Virus record (IMG/VR): IMGVR_UViG_3300028400_000001 | Span: 1 to 42,238 of that record | Length of the DNA: 42,238 nt | From: a virus | Taxonomy: Duplodnaviria > Caudoviricetes | Reading direction: 5' to 3' (one strand) | Shown: positions 7,979-18,408 of the stretch, in pieces | Position numbering within the stretch: position 1 is the first letter of the stretch | Layout: each line of letters begins with the position of its first letter | Notes under the pieces: model-generated | The model's database searches: none | Told to the model about the DNA's origin: nothing | What the model saw: only the letters and a program-made list of their open reading frames with translations | Translations under genes and position numbers: made by a program

Positions 7979-9158
7979 TGATTGGTTAGATGCTTACCTT
8001 ACATACACTGAAAACACGGAACCTCCTCTTAGCTACCACACTTGGGTAGGAATTAGTTTAATAGCTGGCGCTCTTCAACGAAAAGTATACTTAAATTGGG
8101 GACATGAAACTATCTACCCTAATATGTATATTGTTCTTGTTGGCCCCTCAGGGAAGGCACGGAAAGGTACAGCACTAACAATCGGTAAAGACATCTTACA
8201 AGACATTGGCATTTCTTTAACAAGTGAATCTATTACTAGGGAGGCCCTAATCCGTGATATGAAAGATGCACTTGACTCCTTCCAGGATGAGACAACTGGC
8301 AAACTCCGTTACCATTGCGCTCTCACTGCAATCTCTGATGAGCTCAGTGTATTCCTTGGACAGAATGATGTTAAGTTCTTGGCGGACTTAACTGACTGGT
8401 ATGATTCGAGGAAGAGCTGGACCTACCGGACAAAGGGCGCCGGGACAGATAAAATCCAAGGGGTATGCTTTAATATCCTCGGGGCAACTGCTCCAGATTG
8501 GCTGCAGAGTATCCTCCCGCAGGAGGCAGTTGGGGGTGGGTTTACTTCTCGAATCATCTTCGTGGTGGAGGAGGATAAGGGGAAGATAGTCCCGGAGCCT
8601 ATATACACAAGAGAGGATGAGGAGCTTCGTGGGATGCTGGTTAGGGATCTTGAGAGGATATCTACTCTAACGGGAGAGATGAGATTCTCAGACAAGGGGA
8701 AGCAGAAGTATATCAACTGGTACAAGAAGTATGAAAATGATATGAGGGAGGGGAAGGTTGTGATAGAGGATACTCGCTTCACTGGATACATGGAACGGAA
8801 AGCTACTCACCTCCGAAAGCTCAGCATGGTGTTGAGTGCCGCGAGGTCTAGCGAGCGGGTAATCACTGAGGACGACCTTTCCAAGGCCCTCTCCCTCTTA
8901 TCCCAAGCAGAGAAGAAGATGCCTAAAACCTTCGGAGGTTTGGGAACGAGTCAATACTCTGATATTACTAATAAGGTCCTCAACCTCATCCAATCGAGGG
9001 GAGAGCTCACTCGCAGTAATCTTATGAGGAAGATGTATAGGGACCTGGACCCAGGGACGTTAGATGTGGTAGAGACTACCATGCGCCAGATGAAGGTTGT
9101 TGAGGTGGTGTCAATCCCAGGGAAGGGAGATGTGTTGTATAAGTGGAAGGGAGACTAG
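7956..9158 (+). CDS. DUF3987-like P-loop ATPase (probable replicative helicase) with C-terminal winged-helix-like tail
   Basis: YPNMYIVLVGPSGKARKGTA, SDEL, GGFTSR arginine-finger-like motif. Confidence 0.75.
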   Translation: MSSERELDDWLDAYLTYTENTEPPLSYHTWVGISLIAGALQRKVYLNWGHETIYPNMYIVLVGPSGKARKGTALTIGKDILQDIGISLTSESITREALIRDMKDALDSFQDETTGKLRYHCALTAISDELSVFLGQNDVKFLADLTDWYDSRKSWTYRTKGAGTDKIQGVCFNILGATAPDWLQSILPQEAVGGGFTSRIIFVVEEDKGKIVPEPIYTREDEELRGMLVRDLERISTLTGEMRFSDKGKQKYINWYKKYENDMREGKVVIEDTRFTGYMERKATHLRKLSMVLSAARSSERVITEDDLSKALSLLSQAEKKMPKTFGGLGTSQYSDITNKVLNLIQSRGELTRSNLMRKMYRDLDPGTLDVVETTMRQMKVVEVVSIPGKGDVLYKWKGD

Positions 9159-9160
9159 AA

Positions 9161-9210
9161 AATTGGGGATAGTGGCGTTCAAAATTCGGACACCACTATC
9201 CCCATTCTTT
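9161..9210. terminator. Bidirectional terminator between the convergent arms; encloses palindrome copy 2 (9176-9192)
   Basis: TGGGGATAGTGG/CCACTATCCCCA stem flanked by A and T tracts, around CGTTCAAAATTCGGACA. Confidence 0.75.
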
Positions 9211-9220
9211 TATCACTTCA

Positions 9221-12200
9221 TCACTTCATCCTAAAGCCTTCAAAGTTCGGCTTCTCTCTTGTCCTACTTGGCTTGGGAGTCTTAACCTCCTCTCCAACTC
9301 CATCCATGTACTCTGTCCCGAACTGTCTCTTCAACCTAGCAAGATGCTTATTGAACAAGTCACTCCTATACCCGACTCCTTGACTATTCAACCTCCCTAT
9401 CAGCCTATCCATAACCTTCCTCCCTTTCTCATCCTGAGCTTTCCATTTCCAGTAGTAAACATCCGCCCTGTCAATTGGGTTCATATTGGCCGAACGGACC
9501 CAAAATACACGTGATGGGACGCCCTGTGCGCCCCGTGTGGCCATTATTACACGGTCATATACCTTGCTAATGGTCAATCGTTTTAACAGCCCTTGGCGGT
9601 CCTCAGGCGGCTGGGCGGCAATCCACGTTCGGATTGTGGTCTCTCCGTTAGGCAACTCTCCTAGTTTCATTTTAGCATAGAGCTCATCAAGCTTCCTTCT
9701 CTTATTCAATCTAACAGCTGCATTCTCTCCAACCACTGCATTGATGTCTTCAATATCCCTTGCAGCAGGGTGGGTGAGTCCGCTAACTCTCCTCAAAATA
9801 GGAGCATCATTTAACAGCTGGAGGAAGTGTTGACTCTTTGTGTAATCATCTACCCCTTCCGTCACCAAGGCATATCCAGTCCCTACCAGATCGGTAAATG
9901 GATTTCTAGGAATAACCTTTCTAACAGCAGCCTCACTCCTCGCAGGACTCAATCCAGCCATTTGAGAGATGTCCTTTATGAAAGGGCTGGTTGGTTTTTT
10001 AGGGAAGGTATTGTACTCCTCTGTTGGAACTAATCCCACAGGCAAATCAGGATCTCTCCATACATCCCTATCTAACCAAAAATCCTTATTCGTCGTATAT
10101 GTGAGCATGGCGGAGAGAGTAGGAGGAAGCATATCTGTAGGCACAACGGGAGTACTACTCTTCAACAACTGAAGGGTAGTATCCTGAGGAACTCTCCCCA
10201 ACAGGTATCGCTGAAGGAGTAACTCAACACCTCCAGTAAATGGGATAAGAGTATTATCCTTCTTCACTTTAATATAGTGATATCTCTTATTCCCATTCTG
10301 ATCTATAAAACTCATCCCTGTAGGAATGATCCAATTCTCCAGCAACTCCCTCTCTGGCACCTGTTCTAAGAGTTCTCTATTAGCATAGTAATTACTAATA
10401 TACATCGCCGCCGAGAGGCTTTGCATCCAAGCTACCTTTGCTGCAAATGCTTTAGGGTTCTTAACTGCACTCCTTGCAGTTGTCCTGAATGCTTGAGTAC
10501 TGGCATTAAGGTAAGGAATAACATGATCTGCTGCCTTCACATACTTCCCACCTTGGGCAAAGTCAAGATAATCCCGAGCAATCCAGGTAGCCTGTTCAGG
10601 CGTAGCTCCATTCCTCAACGCCCTCTCCCTAATTGCCAAGCGAGTCCAAATTTCGGAGAACTCATTGATCTTACTCATCGCCTCTTTAGCATGTCGCCAC
10701 TTAATAGCTGCCTTCCCTTTGAACTCTGGGGTGGCAGCCTCCAAGGTAGGGCTGCGTTTAGGAAAGAGAGAAGTCCCTTCATGAGTGAGGAAGTTAAACC
10801 CTCCTCCCTCTTTAACAAAGTCCTCAAACCTTCCCTGTTTCTTCCACGCATCTTTCGCCACTGCTGCCAAATCTCTAGCCATTTGTCCTGCGAAGATTGG
10901 GGGTACAGTTGAGTATTCACTAGTAGCAAGGTAAGCATGGACTAGGTCACGAGGGAAGTTCACTAACGCAAACCCTGGATTGTATCCAGTTGCAAGAGGG
11001 CGGACTAGAACACTCCCGCTAGCAACCCTCAACAATCTAGCCATCTGCGCCGAGATCTGAGGGTTAGCACTAACCCACTGTTCAGCCATAGTACTCTCCA
11101 TGAGCATAGGCTTTACCTTCCCATCAATAACTGTGTCAACTCTCACCATCCCCTCAGGAATATGAACCTTCCCTTTAACCTTTCCTGATTTAGTATTCTT
11201 AACTTCAACTGGCTTAACCCAGCCATTCTCAGGATACATCTCGGCAAATTCATACAGGGCTTTATTTGCCCTATTTCTAGCAATTCTATTCTGAGCCCTA
11301 ACAATGTACTCAGCAAGCAACATTCTCGAGTCAGTCTCAAGAACCTTCATAGCACCATGAGAGAGTTCCTTCAAGCCACTCTCACTAACCGTAATAGTCT
11401 TCGGGCCAAGGGTAGGAGCGGCAGGGTCAAGACGATTGATGAACTTGCGAGGCTCATAGATCAATCCCTCCATAGCCTTGAATTGATCCTTGGTTAGTAA
11501 CCCTTCAGAGTAAAGATCAACAAGCACTGAGCGGGTAGCCTCAAAGTACTTATCACTCGCTTCCATGAGTTTCTGGAACCGCTTAGCTCCAAGCTCCTCT
11601 TGCATCTTGGTAAGGAATTGGGAATGTTCAACTGCAGTCAATCCTCCAGGGTGCTTAACCTTCTCTCCTCCTTTATACTCATCAATCTGGATAATTCTTC
11701 GAGATTGGATTACTTGGTCGAGGAGCGCAACGTCTTCCGCAGATAGGTCTTTGTAAATTTTCTCCTCCCATCCTTGAAACTTCCTTGACCCCTCAGCAGT
11801 TGCTCCGGCAGCGAGGTCATGACGCATTACTGCCCTCTCTCCTGCAGCACCACCTTCCTTCAACAACCTTGCTTTAACATCCGCAGAAGCATCAATGGCT
11901 CCAGTTTTGAATCTACTCCAAAGTGTTCTCCCTTTCATCTTCTCCAATTCAGCTAAGTCCTTTTCCGCCTTCTCATACATCTTTTTAACTTTCTCTGCGT
12001 TTTGGTCGATATAGCGAGTAAACTCCTCACTCCCTTTTGCTGTTTGAAGATCCTCAACAATGCGGACCTTTATATCCTCAGGGCGGAGTTCCTTAGCGAG
12101 GAGGATCTTATCTGCGTCTCCTTTATCTACCAGCTTCAGGCTCCCATCAGCTTGCCGTTCCATGAGGATAGGTTCCTTCAGCCCTTCCTTTTGGATTTTA

Positions 12201-13567
12201 GCCGCGAGTTGTTGGAGTTGTTTGGGAGATCTGGTAAAAGCATTTACCGGTTTTGGGTCAAGTACTACAACCCAGCTATCTCCACCAGATGTTACATCTA
12301 CAGCATCATAACCTTCTTTTTTTAGAAGTTTAGTTAGCTCTTCCGCTACTATATCTGGATTCCAATTATTCTCATCTACACCTCTAGCTTTAGCATTTAT
12401 AGCCGCTTGTTTGTTTAACTTAATCCATTTAGAATCTGAAGGTTTTATAGGATCATATAGAGGAAAGTCATCATGAAGAATAGGTAGAGGTTCTTCATTA
12501 ACAACTAACGGATTTTTTGGCTTCTTTATGGTTATCTTCTCTACTTTGCCAGTTTCAGAAAAGAACTGTGCTAAGTCTTTATTTTTAGCTAGATACAATC
12601 CCTTACCTTCAGTAGCCCCAAATCCTATCTTTGTTACTGACTCTCCTCTATATCCCTCTAATATATCATCCTGCTTTAGCAAGTTAAGTACATTATCAGG
12701 CTTCATCTTCTGAGAAGTGATCACCTTATCTAACGGCCCAGCAAACTCAAGATCACCACTTTTCTCAAGAGCATCGATAACCTTCCCCCTCTCAACTGCA
12801 CGCTTTACCAAAGGGCCACGCTTCCTCAAATCCCCTTTAGCAAGGATTGCCGGGACGTAGTAAGGAATCCCAGCAATAAGAGTATGAGCAGCAGTAGCTA
12901 TGGCAGGACTAGCCCCCTCATCAAGCATATAAGTCCCTACATCTCCTCCCCATTCTCCAAATTTCTGAAACACATCCCCAACAAATTCACTGATCTTCTG
13001 CCCTTGCTCAGTTCTCGGTTGATAGGTAAATCCTTCAGCTATATCATTGAATACTGCTAGGTAGGCCTTACCAGGATCTTCAGGCATTCCGGGAGCAACC
13101 ATAGCATCCTCAAAGCCAAACTTCTCCATCAAGTTATTATACTCATCCCTGATAGCCTCTGTTCCGGCAGCACTAGCTCCACCAACAGCTCCAGCAGCCG
13201 CACCGACTAAACCTGTCCCCATCTCGAGAACACTTTCCCCGACTCCAGCAACACTTCCAATAGGATCAGTCACTACCTCCTTAGCAACACTCCCAACTCC
13301 CTCAGCAGCACTCTTATGCAGACCGAAGAAGTCAAGCATCTTCTGCCTAACGTACTCTCTTTGCTGATCGGGAGGAAGATCAAATAAGGAGGCAGAGGAG
13401 GCATCTCCTGAGGGAGGTACGGGGGAGGGAGTACCGCCGCCCTGGAGTGGAGGACTACTGCCTCCTCCGCCAAGTTTACTCTTAAACTCATTCTCCGCTT
13501 CGAGGAGTTGCTGCTCCAGGCGGAGGGCTTCGAGCTCTTTCTCTCTTTCTTTCTGGTCAATAGGCAT
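9221..13567 (-). CDS. Large internal virion/ejection protein of polyvalent type (ART-like, ParB-like and LPD38-like regions)
   Basis: 1448 aa; last late gene; YRG...G-x-GLY...GYDAV segment; C-terminal DF-x-x-GG...IPYLNA pattern. Confidence 0.7.
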   Translation of the reverse strand: MPIDQKEREKELEALRLEQQLLEAENEFKSKLGGGGSSPPLQGGGTPSPVPPSGDASSASLFDLPPDQQREYVRQKMLDFFGLHKSAAEGVGSVAKEVVTDPIGSVAGVGESVLEMGTGLVGAAAGAVGGASAAGTEAIRDEYNNLMEKFGFEDAMVAPGMPEDPGKAYLAVFNDIAEGFTYQPRTEQGQKISEFVGDVFQKFGEWGGDVGTYMLDEGASPAIATAAHTLIAGIPYYVPAILAKGDLRKRGPLVKRAVERGKVIDALEKSGDLEFAGPLDKVITSQKMKPDNVLNLLKQDDILEGYRGESVTKIGFGATEGKGLYLAKNKDLAQFFSETGKVEKITIKKPKNPLVVNEEPLPILHDDFPLYDPIKPSDSKWIKLNKQAAINAKARGVDENNWNPDIVAEELTKLLKKEGYDAVDVTSGGDSWVVVLDPKPVNAFTRSPKQLQQLAAKIQKEGLKEPILMERQADGSLKLVDKGDADKILLAKELRPEDIKVRIVEDLQTAKGSEEFTRYIDQNAEKVKKMYEKAEKDLAELEKMKGRTLWSRFKTGAIDASADVKARLLKEGGAAGERAVMRHDLAAGATAEGSRKFQGWEEKIYKDLSAEDVALLDQVIQSRRIIQIDEYKGGEKVKHPGGLTAVEHSQFLTKMQEELGAKRFQKLMEASDKYFEATRSVLVDLYSEGLLTKDQFKAMEGLIYEPRKFINRLDPAAPTLGPKTITVSESGLKELSHGAMKVLETDSRMLLAEYIVRAQNRIARNRANKALYEFAEMYPENGWVKPVEVKNTKSGKVKGKVHIPEGMVRVDTVIDGKVKPMLMESTMAEQWVSANPQISAQMARLLRVASGSVLVRPLATGYNPGFALVNFPRDLVHAYLATSEYSTVPPIFAGQMARDLAAVAKDAWKKQGRFEDFVKEGGGFNFLTHEGTSLFPKRSPTLEAATPEFKGKAAIKWRHAKEAMSKINEFSEIWTRLAIRERALRNGATPEQATWIARDYLDFAQGGKYVKAADHVIPYLNASTQAFRTTARSAVKNPKAFAAKVAWMQSLSAAMYISNYYANRELLEQVPERELLENWIIPTGMSFIDQNGNKRYHYIKVKKDNTLIPFTGGVELLLQRYLLGRVPQDTTLQLLKSSTPVVPTDMLPPTLSAMLTYTTNKDFWLDRDVWRDPDLPVGLVPTEEYNTFPKKPTSPFIKDISQMAGLSPARSEAAVRKVIPRNPFTDLVGTGYALVTEGVDDYTKSQHFLQLLNDAPILRRVSGLTHPAARDIEDINAVVGENAAVRLNKRRKLDELYAKMKLGELPNGETTIRTWIAAQPPEDRQGLLKRLTISKVYDRVIMATRGAQGVPSRVFWVRSANMNPIDRADVYYWKWKAQDEKGRKVMDRLIGRLNSQGVGYRSDLFNKHLARLKRQFGTEYMDGVGEEVKTPKPSRTREKPNFEGFRMK

Positions 13568-13569
13568 GA

Positions 13570-14739
13570 TTAGTTATTCTCTAGCACAATCCTAATTGCG
13601 TCAGGACGAGGGATGTTGTACTTCTCTTGGATGTACTCAACTTGGGCCTTTGGAGATTCTATCTTTTTAGGAATAACAACCTTCGTTCCATTGTACTCCC
13701 CGAGGAAGTCAACCTGTTCAGCACTCTCAGGTTGGGATGTGCTAGCCCCTTCATTATCCTTCTGTCCGCCAGTGCCTCCAGGTCCAGCTTTAATCTTATT
13801 CACTAGCTCACTAATATCATCAAGAAGTGTCTTCTCTGGAGGCTTCTCTTCAACTGGCAACCCTTCCTTCATCTGCTGCCACTTATCACTCTGGAAAAAC
13901 CCAACAGGTTTATCTGCATTGAACTGCTGCTCAGCAATCTGTGCAGCTTTCTGCCCAGCTTGAACAGGGTCAAGATTATCATTAATTATTAGCCCTTCCA
14001 ACTGGGTCTTTGCTAGTGCTGCGGCTTGACTCTTCTCAGGAGAATCAAAGGTCCAGTCGTTTCCAGTCTTAGTACCAAACCTGGAGTTAATCACTTCAAC
14101 AGCTTTATTAACGTTAAATAGGTACTGCCGAGCCTTATTTCTATTAACTGCATTATTCTCCAATCCCTTACTCTGCAGATAATCCTGAATACTCATCTGC
14201 TTCTCAGTAGGCTTCCCTTCTCCTTTCCCGCCTCCATACTTCGCTTTCCACTCCTCCATAGTTAATCCAATGCGATTGGTAGGAGTGCCACTTCCAACAT
14301 ATTTGAGGAGAGGAGAGTCTTGGTAGTAATCAATCTGCTTTCCAGGCTTGGCTAAGGTCAGCCCAAGACCCTTAGCCCTCTCCATAGCGCTGCCGGTAGC
14401 AAGCTCTTCCTTCGTCACGGCAAAGGGAACTTCCCTTCCTTTCTGGTCAAATGCAGGAATCTTAACCAGCCCACTGCTAGTTTGATTATTCCTTCTCAAT
14501 TCCCCAATCAAGTTAATAATATCACTTGTATCAGCGTCAGGAATTTGAGTGATTGCCTTCTTGGCTCCTGCATAATCTCCATTTTGAATAGAGGAGAACA
14601 ACTCACCAAGCGCAGCAGATTTCTTCTCTCGCTTCTTCTCAATAAACTTTCCTGCAGTGTAGGCGCCGAGAGCTTGTCCGAGAGCCTTCCCTACAGGATT
14701 GCCACCATAATCAGGAGGAAGATATACAATAGTTGCCAT
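13570..14739 (-). CDS. Putative internal virion (ejection) protein
   Basis: Position among ejection genes; N-terminal G/A-rich helix. Confidence 0.55.
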   Translation of the reverse strand: MATIVYLPPDYGGNPVGKALGQALGAYTAGKFIEKKREKKSAALGELFSSIQNGDYAGAKKAITQIPDADTSDIINLIGELRRNNQTSSGLVKIPAFDQKGREVPFAVTKEELATGSAMERAKGLGLTLAKPGKQIDYYQDSPLLKYVGSGTPTNRIGLTMEEWKAKYGGGKGEGKPTEKQMSIQDYLQSKGLENNAVNRNKARQYLFNVNKAVEVINSRFGTKTGNDWTFDSPEKSQAAALAKTQLEGLIINDNLDPVQAGQKAAQIAEQQFNADKPVGFFQSDKWQQMKEGLPVEEKPPEKTLLDDISELVNKIKAGPGGTGGQKDNEGASTSQPESAEQVDFLGEYNGTKVVIPKKIESPKAQVEYIQEKYNIPRPDAIRIVLENN

Positions 14740-14766
14740 TAGTCTATTATCCTCAATATCAGCAAG

Positions 14767-15471
14767 TTAGAAGATCTTACTCCCAAGTCCTTCGCCAATT
14801 CCACTAAGGAATCCACTCAATGCTCCGGGCTGTCCAGGCTTAGCAATACCAATGTTCTCAAATTGATTCTGCCCAGTTGCACCAAGCAGTGCACTGATTA
14901 GCTGAAGTCTCTTCTGAAAGGCCTTCTCCTGTTCATTCTTGGCCATATCACCAACTTGACTAAACTCACTGGCAGCGCCAACTGTGCTAGGAATGAGGCC
15001 AAGAGCTTCCATTTGCCTCTTTCTCTCCTCATTGGTAAACTTAGCTTTCTCTGCCGAGAGGGTAGTCATCAAATCACCAACTGCCCTAACATCAGCAAGC
15101 GCCCTATCACTACCAAAGAAATTAGGGGCAAATCTCCTGGATATCATCGGGAGAACGTCCTGTTCGAACTGCCTCATTAGTGGATCAGACACTGACTGTT
15201 GGAAGAGTTGATCCACTTGCCCTTGGTCAAATTGGAGAGCAGAGTTCAAAGCATCACTTGCATTACCAAGATTTCCTCCAATAGAGTCGAGGAGGGCCTG
15301 GAGCCCTTCCTGGCGAGGAGTAAGCCCTGGCTGCATATCAAAGCCTTGCACCTCTCCACTGAGAAGATTAGTAAGCTCATCTATTGCTTTCTGCTGTTCT
15401 TTAGATTTTGTTGGAAGAGTTTTGAACTCTGCCTCACTCTTCGTCCCAAAAAGAAGATCACCTATATTCAT
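14767..15471 (-). CDS. Putative internal virion / DNA transfer protein
   Basis: Q/A/G-rich and helical; Gly-rich hydrophobic C-terminus; position. Confidence 0.55.
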   Translation of the reverse strand: MNIGDLLFGTKSEAEFKTLPTKSKEQQKAIDELTNLLSGEVQGFDMQPGLTPRQEGLQALLDSIGGNLGNASDALNSALQFDQGQVDQLFQQSVSDPLMRQFEQDVLPMISRRFAPNFFGSDRALADVRAVGDLMTTLSAEKAKFTNEERKRQMEALGLIPSTVGAASEFSQVGDMAKNEQEKAFQKRLQLISALLGATGQNQFENIGIAKPGQPGALSGFLSGIGEGLGSKIF

Positions 15472-15501
15472 AACGGCCTCCTATTATACCATTCAAACTG
15501 T

Positions 15502-15518
15502 TGTCCATATTTTGAACA
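15502..15518. promoter_or_regulatory. Dispersed palindrome copy 3 (TGTCCATATTTTGAACA)
   Basis: Intergenic; extended dyad AACTGT...GCAGTT at 15496-15524. Confidence 0.7.
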
Positions 15519-15522
15519 GCAG

Positions 15523-17274
15523 TTAAATCTCACTCTCAACTCGATAAACAAAGCCAATACTTTGTAGTTGAAACTCTCCTGTCCCGGAGAATCTCAACCT
15601 GAAGTACTGAGAAGCGAACTGTTTATAAACTACATTTCTCTCAAGGATACTTGAAGTAATAGTTGTAAGAGTATTCCAAGTCAATCCTTCATCAATCGAA
15701 TACTCAATCAGCACATTACTCCCTTTTATCCTGAAATCGAAGAGATCAATCCTTGAGATAAATCTAGGATTCCCAAAGTCCTTCGTCTCTAACTCAAAAC
15801 TAATCTCCGTTCCATTATCTGTTGGATAGAGGTAATCATACTCATACACTTGCAAATTATCTGCAGAGCAAAGATGAGTTGTAGGAGAGTTAGCACTGAG
15901 CGATCTCGAATCCCAAGTCCAATTCTGCTGAGTCCAATCTCCAACAAGATCATTCCAGGTTTTTGTATTGTTATTCTGATACAGCCCAAAACCTGTTACA
16001 TCATGAGAGAACTCCCTCAATGTCCAACTCTGAAACTCCTGCCTATATCGGAGGAGCTTGTTAGGCTTTTGGTTGTTAATGTCAGGGTAGAATACCCAAA
16101 CTTCATCAAGCTCCTCTACATAGAAACCAAAAACTCTCGCTCGGTAGGAAGGGTTCAGCTCTCCACCATTGCCGAAGATTTTGTAGTAGATCTTATCTCC
16201 AATGGGCTGAATATCATAACCACCTCGATATTCGTAAACATTGGAGTTTCCGATAAAGAAATGAAAATCCCCAAGATCTATTACTGAATCCTGGGATAGC
16301 GCCCCCTCCCCACTAACAACACTCTCAAATTCAAATAACTTATCTACACTCCCCACATAACTCACCCTAACAATGGACCTCTCCCGGTAAAGCATCATGT
16401 AGGGGCCAAGATAAGAAAGAGCAACAAGCCAATCTTCCGAATCGTAAAGATGCTGATACCCAGCATTCCCAGACGTCCAGTTAGTAGGATCTCCAGTATC
16501 ACTCCACTTAACCATTTGTGGGTAGCGAGTGCCAGAATCTGTAACGTGGGCGAGGACTAGATGGTTATTAAATAACCCTACCAACCTTGCCTGAACATTA
16601 GTCAATCCAGGAAGGTCAATACAATCTGTCCCATTATACCGCTTAACATTATCCACTCCATTGGTGAATACTAGCCAATCATGAGAAGGGAGCACAACAA
16701 CTGAAACTTGAATATCAAGAGAACCAGTTAAATCAACTGCCTTCAATACAACAGCCCCAACGCCTGTATTACTTCCTGTAGGGATAGCATCAGCGATAGT
16801 GATACTTGTCCCGGCAGCGATTGAGGTGATAGAACTCTGATGCTGAGAACCATCACTCAGCGCAATCCCTACATAATCTCCAACTGAAAACCCTGTCGTG
16901 GAAGCTACCTCAATAACCGTCTGCCCAGCAACCTCATCATTAATAGTTGTAGTACTATTTCCATCACTAACATATTGCCATTCAGAAGGAGTTGCTGCCC
17001 AGATGTAGAAGGTATCATTAGTGATAAGAACAAGCTCAGAAGTCCCATCAGTTTTATAGAACTGAAATGTGAGTCGAGGCTCCCCACGAACTTGTTGACC
17101 AAAAGTATAATATCCAGTATCTTTCTGAATTAGATTTTTGTAAAGGAACAGCCCCTCTGCAGTAACAAGCTCACTATCATCCAAAAGGTTGGCAGGCTTG
17201 TTGTAGTTAAGCCCTCCAGTTAACTCTGGGATGTACTTATATTCCCATTTTTGAGATAAGTCAAGGAAGCTCAT
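15523..17274 (-). CDS. Tail hub/nozzle (P22 gp10-like stabilisation protein)
   Basis: GGLN start, WS-x-x-GDP-x-x-W motif, beta-rich; podovirus gene order. Confidence 0.7.
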   Translation of the reverse strand: MSFLDLSQKWEYKYIPELTGGLNYNKPANLLDDSELVTAEGLFLYKNLIQKDTGYYTFGQQVRGEPRLTFQFYKTDGTSELVLITNDTFYIWAATPSEWQYVSDGNSTTTINDEVAGQTVIEVASTTGFSVGDYVGIALSDGSQHQSSITSIAAGTSITIADAIPTGSNTGVGAVVLKAVDLTGSLDIQVSVVVLPSHDWLVFTNGVDNVKRYNGTDCIDLPGLTNVQARLVGLFNNHLVLAHVTDSGTRYPQMVKWSDTGDPTNWTSGNAGYQHLYDSEDWLVALSYLGPYMMLYRERSIVRVSYVGSVDKLFEFESVVSGEGALSQDSVIDLGDFHFFIGNSNVYEYRGGYDIQPIGDKIYYKIFGNGGELNPSYRARVFGFYVEELDEVWVFYPDINNQKPNKLLRYRQEFQSWTLREFSHDVTGFGLYQNNNTKTWNDLVGDWTQQNWTWDSRSLSANSPTTHLCSADNLQVYEYDYLYPTDNGTEISFELETKDFGNPRFISRIDLFDFRIKGSNVLIEYSIDEGLTWNTLTTITSSILERNVVYKQFASQYFRLRFSGTGEFQLQSIGFVYRVESEI

Positions 17275-17293
17275 TAGGATTTCCTATTAGTAC

Positions 17294-18100
17294 TTAGTAC
17301 TTAATGCAGAATAAAAGTGCAACGTTACGCGGGCGAGCTTCAGTTCCGCCATCATTGTCTATAGTAATGGTATGTGTATGCGTACCATTACTACTGGTAG
17401 TTTGAGTACCTGTTTGAGAGGAGCCATTAGACATAGCCCTTCCAGAGCCTCCTTGAGAATTAAGATCGTTCTCAGATATTGTATGAGTATGAGCACCCGC
17501 ACTGTCTATTGTTGCAGTATGTGTATGACTCTTATTTTGGTCTGATTGACTACTACCAAACGCCCTGGAGGCATCAACTCCTCTTCCATTATCCCAACCT
17601 CTTAGGAACTCACCCCTAAGATCTGGAAGGTTAAAAGTTGTACTCCCATCTCCACTACCAAATGTAGTCCCGATCGCAGAGAATAACTCAGCATAGGTTG
17701 TCCTACTAACTGCCGAACCATCACACTCAAGCCATCCAGTCGGAGGAGTGGAGAATGCGAAGGATTTAACTTCCCCTACATACCCAATTCCTCCCTTGCT
17801 ACTAATCTGCGCCACATTACCAGAGCTATCTTGATAGAAAAGCTCAGTAGTACCATCAACATCTTTCGTATAAACAAACCCTGTATTCGCAGCCGAAGTA
17901 GGATCAGCACTCTGCTCTAACAATGTCGCCTTATTATGCGCTCCATCATTAGCATCTCCGGCCATTGAGTGATCAACAGCCATCCTCTCCCTGATATCCA
18001 ACTTAACTTCCCTAATCCTCGTAGCCCCCTGACTTGCTGCCTGAGAATCAGGAGGGGACGCTTCATAGCTCGAATCCCAAGTTCTAGTAAAAGTTGTCAT
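17294..18100 (-). CDS. Tail fibre protein with tail-collar domain
   Basis: PTGWLECDGSAVSRTTYAELFSAIG, FNLPDLRGEFLRG, HTH repeats, EARPRNVAL. Confidence 0.9.
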   Translation of the reverse strand: MTTFTRTWDSSYEASPPDSQAASQGATRIREVKLDIRERMAVDHSMAGDANDGAHNKATLLEQSADPTSAANTGFVYTKDVDGTTELFYQDSSGNVAQISSKGGIGYVGEVKSFAFSTPPTGWLECDGSAVSRTTYAELFSAIGTTFGSGDGSTTFNLPDLRGEFLRGWDNGRGVDASRAFGSSQSDQNKSHTHTATIDSAGAHTHTISENDLNSQGGSGRAMSNGSSQTGTQTTSSNGTHTHTITIDNDGGTEARPRNVALLFCIKY

Positions 18101-18408
18101 GATACTATAGCCCTATCAGTTACTCTTCTCCAATTAGTCCCGTCAGAGAATGCTGGAACAGGACCACCAGATTCATCACTTACATATATCAATCTTGGAA
18201 CGCTATCTACAGAGGGGAGGGTTGCCACTGTGTAGGAGGGGAGTTCAACCCCTTTGTAGATATTGTTAATGGCATCAGCTACCAGAATGTGAGCTTCTTT
18301 AATTGCCCTAGCAAGATTAAACACTGCCGAGTACAATCTCTCGTCAGGGAAGTCACTTCTCCTTACCGTGAAATTAGGATAAGTTAAACTAACCTTCTCA
18401 TCAGCCAT
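18097..18408 (-). CDS. Small tail-associated protein
   Basis: YTVATLP...AFSDGTNWRR motif; overlaps both neighbours. Confidence 0.6.
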   Translation of the reverse strand: MADEKVSLTYPNFTVRRSDFPDERLYSAVFNLARAIKEAHILVADAINNIYKGVELPSYTVATLPSVDSVPRLIYVSDESGGPVPAFSDGTNWRRVTDRAIVS

